Source: an uncultured virus (IMG/VR IMGVR_UViG_3300008262_000171)
Taxonomy: Duplodnaviria; Heunggongvirae; Uroviricota; Caudoviricetes
Virus record (IMG/VR): IMGVR_UViG_3300008262_000171
DNA: 64,000 nt
Strand: one strand, 5' to 3'
Part shown: positions 40,976-48,267 of the stretch, one piece after another
Position numbering within the stretch: position 1 is the stretch's first letter
How the letters are laid out: each line of letters opens with the position of its first letter
Program-made: the position numbers and the translations under genes
The notes under the pieces: generated by a model
What the model was told of the DNA's origin: nothing
What the model saw: only the letters and a program-made list of their open reading frames with translations
Database searches by the model: none

Positions 40976-41144
40976 CGTTCATCTATGGAAGCAATCATTT
41001 TAACTTGCTTACAGGCACAATTAATGGTTGGGAGAATTTACACAGTAGATATTCCCAAACAAGCAAAGAATGATTTAATTTGGGAGATTAAACAAGTCTC
41101 TCCAAAAACTTGTCCCATAGACGCAAAAGCCGACTGAAGGAACG
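40976..41144 (+). ncRNA. Glutamine riboswitch-like aptamer 2 (Downstream-peptide type) with an ORF in the P2 loop
   Basis: CGTTC(40976-80)/GAACG(41140-44) P1; TCTATGG(40982-88)/CCATAGA(41115-21) P2; core CGCAAAAGCCGACTGAAGGAACGC; directly upstream of a YRG peptide gene. Confidence 0.75.
40985..41137 (+). CDS. 50-aa two-Cys peptide nested in aptamer 2
   Basis: MEAIILTCLQAQLMVGRIYTVDIPKQAKNDLIWEIKQVSPKTCPIDAKAD*; the stop lies inside the aptamer core. Confidence 0.65.
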   Translation: MEAIILTCLQAQLMVGRIYTVDIPKQAKNDLIWEIKQVSPKTCPIDAKAD

Positions 41145-41176
41145 CTCTTTAGCCTCAAAATTAAGGAGAAAACCTA

Positions 41177-41335
41177 ATGTCTAAAGTCGTTTATAGAGGT
41201 TGTCAGTACGACACCGAAAATGCAAAGAAAGAGTATGTGTCATGGTATAACCAAACACACGCTCCTGCTCATCCACAAAACACATATCGTGGAGTAGCAT
41301 ACCGTCCTTGCAGAAATGCGGAGGTGCAGAAGTGA
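41177..41335 (+). CDS. DUF4278-like small protein (52 aa)
   Basis: MSKVVYRGCQYDT...NTYRGVAY, two YRG motifs; AAGGAG RBS. Confidence 0.8.
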   Translation: MSKVVYRGCQYDTENAKKEYVSWYNQTHAPAHPQNTYRGVAYRPCRNAEVQK

Positions 41336-41430
41336 AAAAACTTAACTTCCTACAACTTATTAAAGAACAAAAACAAAAAGAAGATCGTCGTCATCAAGCA
41401 CAACTAGCACAACTAGTTGGAGCAAAGTGA
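41332..41430 (+). CDS. 32-aa basic helical peptide
   Basis: GTGA overlap, GGAGGT RBS; MKKLNFLQLIKEQKQKEDRRHQAQLAQLVGAK. Confidence 0.6.
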   Translation: MKKLNFLQLIKEQKQKEDRRHQAQLAQLVGAK

Positions 41431-41516
41431 TGGTACAATTTCTAATTTCTTCAACTGCTGCAATTGCGTTAATGACGATATTGTTATCAACGTACATTCA
41501 GTGGATTTATAAGTAA
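41430..41516 (+). CDS. 28-aa single-TM peptide
   Basis: TGATG coupling; MVQFLISSTAAIALMTILLSTYIQWIYK. Confidence 0.5.
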   Translation: MVQFLISSTAAIALMTILLSTYIQWIYK

Positions 41517-41522
41517 ATTTTT

Positions 41523-41550
41523 AAGGAGGGGTTGATCCCCTCCTTTTTTT
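41523..41550 (+). terminator. Intrinsic terminator of the peptide operon
   Basis: AAGGAGGGG-TTGAT-CCCCTCCTT followed by a T-tract. Confidence 0.85.
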
Positions 41551-41581
41551 ATGATAAAATGCTTTGAGAGAATGATATCTT

Positions 41582-41758
41582 ATGGATAAAGACAAACTAA
41601 AACTCATTGTTCGTAATCTAGAACTCTTAGTTGATTCTCTCAAAGCAGAAGTGTATTCTGATGTTTCTGCATACAGTAAATATACTGAACCAGAAGTCAG
41701 AAACAGACCAATTTTAGATTACGATGAAATTTTTGAGGATTCTGATTTAGATGACTAG
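41582..41758 (+). CDS. Small hypothetical protein (58 aa)
   Basis: MDKDKLKLIVRNLELLVDSLKAEVYSD...DYDEIFED. Confidence 0.7.
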   Translation: MDKDKLKLIVRNLELLVDSLKAEVYSDVSAYSKYTEPEVRNRPILDYDEIFEDSDLDD

Positions 41759-41918
41759 TAGAGCACGAGAACTCGTGAAATTGCTTGAAAGACTTGTCAA
41801 GCAAGATCACCTTTATACTGAAGAAAGAATTGTAGAAATGAAACAACAACTGCAAGCAGTAAAGAAAGAACTTGCAGAACTGGAAGCAAAAACATCAAAA
41901 GGATTTGGAAAGAAATGA
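41751..41918 (+). CDS. Small coiled-coil hypothetical protein (55 aa)
   Basis: MTSRARELVKLLERLVKQDHLY...SKGFGKK; ATGA-coupled to thyX. Confidence 0.7.
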   Translation: MTSRARELVKLLERLVKQDHLYTEERIVEMKQQLQAVKKELAELEAKTSKGFGKK

Positions 41919-42550
41919 CAGTAAAACTCATCAGTGTGACACCCGATGCAGAAAAAACAATGGCGTATGTTGCTAGAGTTAGCAACCCTGCGAATCAAGA
42001 CAACGAAAACTATGCCAAGTTGCTTGCTTATTGTATTAAGCATAATCATTGGTCTGTTTTTGAGCAGTCTTTTATGACTCTTGAGATCGAAACAAATCGT
42101 GGCATCGCAGCACAAATTTTACGACACAGGAGTTTTACATACCAAGAATTTTCACAACGTTATGCAGATTCTTCTTTGCTAGGTGAGGAAATTCCTGTAC
42201 CAGAACTTCGTCGTCAGGACACCAAGAATCGTCAGAATTCCACTAATGATCTTCCTGAAGAACTAAAAGCAGACTTGTGGTTGAAGATCAATGACCATTT
42301 TAAGGCAGGTATGGAACTCTACAAGCAACTTCTAGATGCTGAGGTGGCAAAGGAGTGTGCAAGATTTGTATTGCCCTTGGCGACCCCCACACGCATCTAT
42401 ATGAGTGGATCATGCAGGTCATGGATACATTATATCAATCTTCGTTCTGCAAATGGAACTCAGAGAGAGCATATGGATATTGCACTTGATTGTAAGAAAG
42501 TGTTTATCGAACAATTTCCAACGGTATCAGACGCCCTTGAGTGGATCTAA
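41915..42550 (+). CDS. thyX: FAD-dependent thymidylate synthase
   Basis: HWSVFEQ; ThyX motif RHRSFTYQEFSQRY; KECARFVLP. Confidence 0.97.
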   Translation: MTVKLISVTPDAEKTMAYVARVSNPANQDNENYAKLLAYCIKHNHWSVFEQSFMTLEIETNRGIAAQILRHRSFTYQEFSQRYADSSLLGEEIPVPELRRQDTKNRQNSTNDLPEELKADLWLKINDHFKAGMELYKQLLDAEVAKECARFVLPLATPTRIYMSGSCRSWIHYINLRSANGTQREHMDIALDCKKVFIEQFPTVSDALEWI

Positions 42551-42574
42551 ATAAATTATCTTGAATTTCTAACA

Positions 42575-42823
42575 ATGCCAACGTACCCCGTAGTGAATAC
42601 AAAAACTGGTGAACAAAAAGAAGTGGAAATGAGCATCCACGATTGGGACCAGTGGAAAAAAGATAACCCAGATTGGATCCGTGATTGGTCCGATCCATCA
42701 ACTTGTCCTTCTCCTGGAGAGGTTGGTGAATGGCAAAACAAATTAATTTCTAAACATCCTGGTTGGAATGATGTTCTTGGAAAAGCATCAAAAGCACCTG
42801 GTTCACGAGTAAAGAAAATCTAA
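42575..42823 (+). CDS. Hypothetical protein (FmdB-like MPTY start)
   Basis: MPTYPVVNTKTGEQKE...PGWNDVL; located between thyX and phoH. Confidence 0.7.
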   Translation: MPTYPVVNTKTGEQKEVEMSIHDWDQWKKDNPDWIRDWSDPSTCPSPGEVGEWQNKLISKHPGWNDVLGKASKAPGSRVKKI

Positions 42824-43581
42824 TGGCAAGACGGAAAAGAGGATCTATTGACCAACCAATCGGAGTTGGTCTGACAGCAAAACAAATGAAGAGGAGAAAA
42901 CCTCTGAGTGCAGAATATCTAATTGATATTGAACCAATTACTGAAAATCAAAAAAAGTTTTTTGAATCTTATAATGACGACAAGCATATTGTTGCTTATG
43001 GTTGTGCGGGAACAGGTAAAACATTTATTACACTTTATAATGCACTTCAAGATGTTCTTGATGAGCAATCACCTTACGAGAGAATCTATCTTGTTCGTTC
43101 TTTAGTCGCCACAAGAGAGATTGGATTCCTGCCTGGTACTCACGATGATAAGGCAGATATTTACCAGATTCCTTATAAGAATATGGTGAAGTATATGTTC
43201 CAGATGCCCTCTGATGCAGACTTCGAGATGCTCTATGGAAATCTCAAATCACAAGAAACCATCAAGTTCTGGTCCACTTCATTTTTGCGTGGTACAACTC
43301 TTGATAATGCAATTATTATTGTAGATGAGTTTCAAAACCTAAACTTCCACGAATTGGATTCTATTATCACTCGTGTTGGTGAAAATACCAAAATTTGCTT
43401 CTGTGGTGATGCATCTCAGTCAGACTTACAGAAGACTAACGAACGAAATGGTATTGTAGATTTTATGACTGTATTGCGTAAAATGCCATCTTTTGATATA
43501 ATTGAATTTGGTGTAGAAGACATTGTTCGTTCTGGACTTGTTAAAGAATACATTATGGCAAAAATGGAAGCAGGTTTTTGA
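42823..43581 (+). CDS. phoH: PhoH-family ATPase
   Basis: GCAGTGKT Walker A, REIGFLPG, FLRGTT, IIVDEFQN, CGDASQSD, DIVRSG. Confidence 0.96.
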   Translation: MARRKRGSIDQPIGVGLTAKQMKRRKPLSAEYLIDIEPITENQKKFFESYNDDKHIVAYGCAGTGKTFITLYNALQDVLDEQSPYERIYLVRSLVATREIGFLPGTHDDKADIYQIPYKNMVKYMFQMPSDADFEMLYGNLKSQETIKFWSTSFLRGTTLDNAIIIVDEFQNLNFHELDSIITRVGENTKICFCGDASQSDLQKTNERNGIVDFMTVLRKMPSFDIIEFGVEDIVRSGLVKEYIMAKMEAGF

Positions 43582-44261
43582 TGTTTAATCATGTTGATTT
43601 GAATCTCCCTCAACTTGAGAGAGAAACTATAGATGGTGTTCGTTATTATAAAGTTCCTGACGAAGATCAACTCTTAAAACTCGTATCGATTACGTCTGTA
43701 ACCAGTCACAAAAATCGTCAATTCTTTGCAAACTGGCGTAAAAAAGTTGGAGAGGAAGAAGCAGATAAAATTACACGACAGGCAACTAGTCGTGGAACTG
43801 ATATGCACACTCTTGCAGAACATCATCTTAGAAATGAAGATCTTCCAGAAGTTCAACCTCTTTCAGATTTCTTATTCAAGATTTCTAAGTCAACTTTTAG
43901 TCGTATAAATAATATTCATGCTCTTGAAGGTTCTCTTTATAGCAAGCAGTTAGGTATTGCTGGAACCGTAGATTGTATTGCCGAGTTTGATGGCGAACTA
44001 TCAATAATCGACTTTAAAACTTCTAAAAAACCTAAACCACGAGAGTGGATTGAACATTATTTTGTTCAGTGTATGGCATATGGTTGTATGCTATACGAAC
44101 TGACTGGTATTCCAGTCAAAAAACTTGTAATCATCATGGCTTGTGAAAATGGAGAATGCGTCGTTTATGAAGAAAGAGACAAATCAAAGTACATCAAACT
44201 CCTCACCCAATACATTAGAGAGTTTGTTAGAGATAGACTGGAACTATATGGAACCAAATAA
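43578..44261 (+). CDS. PD-(D/E)XK exonuclease
   Basis: SITSV, RGTDMH, AGTVDCI...IIDFKTS, Q-x3-Y. Confidence 0.9.
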   Translation: MMFNHVDLNLPQLERETIDGVRYYKVPDEDQLLKLVSITSVTSHKNRQFFANWRKKVGEEEADKITRQATSRGTDMHTLAEHHLRNEDLPEVQPLSDFLFKISKSTFSRINNIHALEGSLYSKQLGIAGTVDCIAEFDGELSIIDFKTSKKPKPREWIEHYFVQCMAYGCMLYELTGIPVKKLVIIMACENGECVVYEERDKSKYIKLLTQYIREFVRDRLELYGTK

Positions 44262-44508
44262 AGAACTAGAACAGGCAATCGAGAATAAGTTTTTAACACC
44301 TTCCAAGTTTGCTCTTGAGATTGAACATATTGTGGCAGCAGAAAATATGAATTATATTGATGCTATTTGTCATTACTGTGAAATCAATAGTCTTGAGGTA
44401 GAATCAGTTACTAAACTCATTTCAAAACCTTTAAAAGAAAGACTTAAGTGGGATGCAACTCGTCTCAATTTCATGAAGAAAACTTCCCGAGCAAGATTGC
44501 CTCTATAA
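44248..44508 (+). CDS. gp33: Late transcription coactivator, T4 gp33-like
   Basis: FALEIE...NYIDAICHYCEIN...LISKPLKERLK.DA..LNFMK; ATG 44248. Confidence 0.88.
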   Translation: MEPNKELEQAIENKFLTPSKFALEIEHIVAAENMNYIDAICHYCEINSLEVESVTKLISKPLKERLKWDATRLNFMKKTSRARLPL

Positions 44509-44531
44509 TGGGAGATAAATAATAGTGCCTG

Positions 44532-44607
44532 ACTTAGGTGACACTTTTCAGGTGAGAAGGGGGCACTTGCTGCCCTTTTCTTGTATAAATACTTATGTCA
44601 CCTAAGT
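44532..44607 (+). promoter_or_regulatory. Hairpin enclosing late promoter TATAAATA upstream of the GIY-YIG gene
   Basis: ACTTAGGTGACA (44532-43) / TGTCACCTAAGT (44596-607); TATAAATA 44584-91. Confidence 0.75.
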
Positions 44608-45095
44608 TAAGAGCAGAAATGTATTACGTTTATCTCTATTTGAGAGAAGACAGGACTCCTTACTATGTTGGTAAAGGTATTGGTAGAAGGTGCTATAAAC
44701 CTCATATTAGAGGCGGGGCAAATATCTGTCCCCCAAAAGATAGAATAGTAATCGTTAAAGAATTTGAAAATGAAGAAGAAAGTTACGAATATGAAAAGTG
44801 GCTTATTTCTCTTTATGGTAGAAAAAGTGACGGAGGCATTCTAATTAATTTAAGGGATGGTGGTGTAGATGGAAACATAATATCCAGAGACCTTGCTGAA
44901 AGAGAAAAACATATTCAAGAGTGGAATAGAAAATATCATAGACAGTATTATAAAGATAATCCAGATAAACAAAAACAATATAGAGAAAAAAGAAAAGAAC
45001 AAAGAAAAGAAACTTATAAAAAATGGTATGAACAAAATAGAGATGATGTGCTAAAATATAAGAGGGAAAAATACCACAGAGAAAAGAAAAAATAG
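44595..45095 (+). CDS. Free-standing GIY-YIG (Seg-like) homing endonuclease; alternative start at 44619
   Basis: YYVYLYLREDRTPYYVGKGIGRR...E...YGRK...LIN; basic C-terminal repeats. Confidence 0.85.
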   Translation: MSPKLRAEMYYVYLYLREDRTPYYVGKGIGRRCYKPHIRGGANICPPKDRIVIVKEFENEEESYEYEKWLISLYGRKSDGGILINLRDGGVDGNIISRDLAEREKHIQEWNRKYHRQYYKDNPDKQKQYREKRKEQRKETYKKWYEQNRDDVLKYKREKYHREKKK

Positions 45096-45097
45096 TT

Positions 45098-45688
45098 ATG
45101 GCACCGTTTGAAGTCTATTGTGAGTATCTCGCATTAAAGTCGCATTTCACAAATCCAAAATATGATTACTTCAAATATAACAAAAAAGTAAGAGCAACTA
45201 TTACATCTTTTAATCGTCGTCGTGATAAATATTTTTTCGAAAAAACGTCGAGAAAATATTCTGATAAAGAAGTTGTTGATTTTTTAGTTGCAAATTTTGT
45301 AGAATCTACTAGTGTAAATCAAATATGGATTGGAGAAATTATCAATTCTGGAGAAAGGACTTACGCAGATTGGATGCGAAGACAACAGAGTTTGACATAC
45401 TTGTTCAAAGAACAAAGCAACGAATTCTTCTCGGAGACAAAATTAGACGATGCCTTGAACTGTTCCAAAGGTCATCCACCCGTTCTTAAGAAGTTCCTGA
45501 GCGGGAAGATTAGCCTAGAAACCCTAGTGATCTATGATAAAATATTCCTGTTCGGGAATAAGTTTGATAAGAAACTGCTGGACCCGGTGTGGGAAATCGT
45601 CAGTCTAAAAATCAAGAAATATAATCCGTTTCTAAATATTGATGTGTTCCAATTTAAAAAGATTTTACGGGAAATCATAGATGAGTAG
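45098..45688 (+). CDS. gp59: Helicase loader, T4 gp59-like
   Basis: YLALKSHFT..KYDYFKY...F..RRDKYFFEK; ISLETLVI. Confidence 0.9.
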   Translation: MAPFEVYCEYLALKSHFTNPKYDYFKYNKKVRATITSFNRRRDKYFFEKTSRKYSDKEVVDFLVANFVESTSVNQIWIGEIINSGERTYADWMRRQQSLTYLFKEQSNEFFSETKLDDALNCSKGHPPVLKKFLSGKISLETLVIYDKIFLFGNKFDKKLLDPVWEIVSLKIKKYNPFLNIDVFQFKKILREIIDE

Positions 45689-46013
45689 CTTTTTTGACTC
45701 CGATATTATTCAAGATGAACTGAAAGAAATCAATAAGTTACAGGAAGAAATTTACGGAAGTATTCTTACTTTTGGTGGAATGCCCCGTGAGACCAAACTG
45801 GAACACATTGAGAAACTTGAGCTCTTGCTAGAAAAGCAGAGAGTGATGTATACTAGGTTGTCCCTTTCAGACGATCCAGAAGCGGTTGAAATGAAAGAGC
45901 AACTACGCAAGTCGGTGGCGCTGATGGGATTCCCACCAGAGACCGATATGCAATTTTTATTCAATAGTATGAACAAGACAATTGAATCTCTCAAGAAATA
46001 CATTGACCGTTGA
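45681..46013 (+). CDS. DUF1825-like conserved cyanobacterial/cyanophage protein
   Basis: FFDSDIIQDEL...LLEKQRVMYTRLSLSDDPEA. Confidence 0.7.
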   Translation: MSSFFDSDIIQDELKEINKLQEEIYGSILTFGGMPRETKLEHIEKLELLLEKQRVMYTRLSLSDDPEAVEMKEQLRKSVALMGFPPETDMQFLFNSMNKTIESLKKYIDR

Positions 46014-46031
46014 GAGAAACCCTGTTATACT
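46003..46031 (+). promoter_or_regulatory. Sigma70 promoter of gp32
   Basis: TTGACC, 17 nt, TATACT with extended TG. Confidence 0.75.
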
Positions 46032-46074
46032 ATCCGAGTAATCCCCCGAATCCAATTAATCCGAGGTAATCCAA

Positions 46075-47001
46075 ATGTCTTTTGCTGACCTTAAGAAGCA
46101 ATCTAAACTTGGCAATCTTACTGCCAAACTGGTTAAAGAAGTTGAAAAAATGAATACTAGCAGCGGTTCTAGTGATGACCGTCTGTGGAAACTGGATGTA
46201 GATAAGAGTGGCAATGGTTATGCCGTAATCCGTTTCCTGCCTGCCCCCAACGGTGAAGACCTGCCGTTCGTGAAACTCTACAGTCATGCATTCCAGGGTC
46301 CTGGCGGTTGGTACATTGAGAACAGTCTCACCACTCTGGGTCAGAAAGATCCTGTGTCGGAACTGAACTCTGAACTGTGGAACAATGGTACTGATGCTGG
46401 CAAAGAACTGGCACGTAAGCAGAAGCGCAAACTGACATATGCGTCCAACATCTATGTGGTGAAAGACCCTGCCAACCCTGAAAATGAGGGTAAAGTCTTC
46501 TTGTTTAAGTATGGTAAAAAAATCTTTGACAAACTGACTGCCGCAATGCAACCTGAGTTTGAAGATGAGGAAGCAATTGATCCGTTTGACTTCTGGCAGG
46601 GTGCCAACTTCAAACTGAAGGCAAAGAACGTTGCTGGTTATCGCAACTATGACTCCAGTGAGTTTGCTGCCTCTGCACCTCTTCTGGACGATGATGATGT
46701 GATGGAAGCAGTGTGGAAGAAGCAGTATTCACTTGCCGAACTCGTTGCTGCAGACCAGTTCAAGTCCTATGATGAACTGAAGAAGCGTCTTGAATATGTG
46801 CTGGGTAACAAAGGCACTCCTCGTTATCAAGATCCTGATGTTGCTGATGAAGAAGAGTATTCTCGTGGTCCTGTGAAGGATCTTGATGAAGACCTCCGCA
46901 CCGAACTCAACAGTCTTCAACCAACCCGCCGTGCTGCGGCACCTGTGGAGGATGATGATGACGATGCTCTGTCTTACTTTGCTCGTCTTGCCGAAGAGTG
47001 A
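46075..47001 (+). CDS. gp32: Single-stranded DNA binding protein, T4 gp32
   Basis: DDRLWK..VDKSGNGYAVIRFLP, WYIENSLTTLG, KYGKKIFDK, acidic tail. Confidence 0.97.
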   Translation: MSFADLKKQSKLGNLTAKLVKEVEKMNTSSGSSDDRLWKLDVDKSGNGYAVIRFLPAPNGEDLPFVKLYSHAFQGPGGWYIENSLTTLGQKDPVSELNSELWNNGTDAGKELARKQKRKLTYASNIYVVKDPANPENEGKVFLFKYGKKIFDKLTAAMQPEFEDEEAIDPFDFWQGANFKLKAKNVAGYRNYDSSEFAASAPLLDDDDVMEAVWKKQYSLAELVAADQFKSYDELKKRLEYVLGNKGTPRYQDPDVADEEEYSRGPVKDLDEDLRTELNSLQPTRRAAAPVEDDDDDALSYFARLAEE

Positions 47002-47615
47002 AGTCTGATTACTACATTGATCGTGTAAGTAAGTCCGAAGCCGCAGAATTACTTCTGCGGTTTCATTATCTTAAGGACTTTTCTAAAGGATTTCGATCAG
47101 GGTATAATTATGGTCTGTATAAGGGCAATGACTTTTGCCCTTTGAATATCGGTGGTATTCTGGGAGTCTGTGTCTTTACTGGACTTCCTGTGCCTGAAAT
47201 CGCACAAGGAGCATTTGGATTAGAACGAAATGAGCAAGAAGGACTCTTTGAACTTTCACGACTTTGCATACACCCTGAAATCCAAGGAACCGAACATAAT
47301 ATCACTTCTTGGTTTGTTTCAAGATCGATTAGACAGTTACGGAAGGATACTAAAGTTAAAGCAATCATCTCTTACGCTGATAGTGATTTCCATTCTGGTA
47401 CAATCTATCGGGCTTGTAATTTTAAATATTGCGGACTTTCGGACCCAAAGAAAGATTTCTACTATGCAGACGGAACTAAACACTCTAGAGGCAAAGTTAA
47501 AGGTGCTGCAGGAGAATGGAAAGAACGCTCCCGCAAACACCGATATGTGATGATATTTGATAAGAAACTAGAACTCTTATGGCATCGTGATTCTAGTGTT
47601 TTCAGTACGAACTAA
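46998..47615 (+). CDS. Mom-like GNAT-fold DNA modification protein
   Basis: FHYL, ELSRLCI, SWFVSRSIR, IISYADSDFHSGTIYRACNF. Confidence 0.7.
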   Translation: MKSDYYIDRVSKSEAAELLLRFHYLKDFSKGFRSGYNYGLYKGNDFCPLNIGGILGVCVFTGLPVPEIAQGAFGLERNEQEGLFELSRLCIHPEIQGTEHNITSWFVSRSIRQLRKDTKVKAIISYADSDFHSGTIYRACNFKYCGLSDPKKDFYYADGTKHSRGKVKGAAGEWKERSRKHRYVMIFDKKLELLWHRDSSVFSTN

Positions 47616-48266
47616 AGATTCGTCAATATATTGAGAAGAACGATCATAAATCATAATTTGCCGCATATCATTCAAGAATTGTTGAAGATATGAAGTTTTT
47701 AACAAGTAAATTGAAGATTTCTCAGTATTCTTTTTAGTTTCATATTCAAAATTATTAACACCTACGACAGGGTTTGATATTTTTACAACATTTTGACCTA
47801 AAACTGTAGCATCATTTGTATAATATTGATTTTGATCGTAATAGTGAATTTTAAAATCTGCTGGGACAATTTTTCCAGCAGGTAAAATTAATTTTCCTGT
47901 AGAGTCTTTTACTTCAATAGTCTCATAATGGTGAATATCATTAATTGCACCACCATACAAATTTTCCGCATATTTGTATAGATTATAGTTCGATAGTGGC
48001 CATTCATTTCTAACATTTACTATACCAGCAGTCATTAAAACTACCCAATCGAGTTCTGCATCACCATAAAACTCTTCTGCAACCGTATCTGGTCTTGCAC
48101 CATCAACAATTTCATACTTATTGAAAATAGTAAATACGTTTTTTAAATCATCACGTAGTTTATTTCTTCTGAATAAGTTTTTAACTCTTAAGTAACTCTG
48201 TGACGAGATACTGTCAGAAAGAAATGATTGATAATCTAAGTCTGGTAATTCTCTGAAGTATCCCAT
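47577..48266 (-). CDS. gp53: Baseplate wedge protein, gp53-like
   Basis: YFRELP, VKNLFRR, RPDTVAEEFYGDAELDWVVL...NEWP, IHHYET. Confidence 0.9.
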   Translation of the reverse strand: MGYFRELPDLDYQSFLSDSISSQSYLRVKNLFRRNKLRDDLKNVFTIFNKYEIVDGARPDTVAEEFYGDAELDWVVLMTAGIVNVRNEWPLSNYNLYKYAENLYGGAINDIHHYETIEVKDSTGKLILPAGKIVPADFKIHYYDQNQYYTNDATVLGQNVVKISNPVVGVNNFEYETKKNTEKSSIYLLKTSYLQQFLNDMRQIMIYDRSSQYIDESLVRTENTRITMP

Positions 48267-48267
48267 T

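Noticed and set aside
44143..44247. Longer gp33 start given in the ORF track
   Set aside because: It overlaps the exonuclease; the gp33-like sequence begins at ATG 44248
43578..44261. Exonuclease as Cas4 of a CRISPR system
   Set aside because: The four-Cys Fe-S pattern is not evident and the gene sits in the usual phoH-exonuclease-gp33 context
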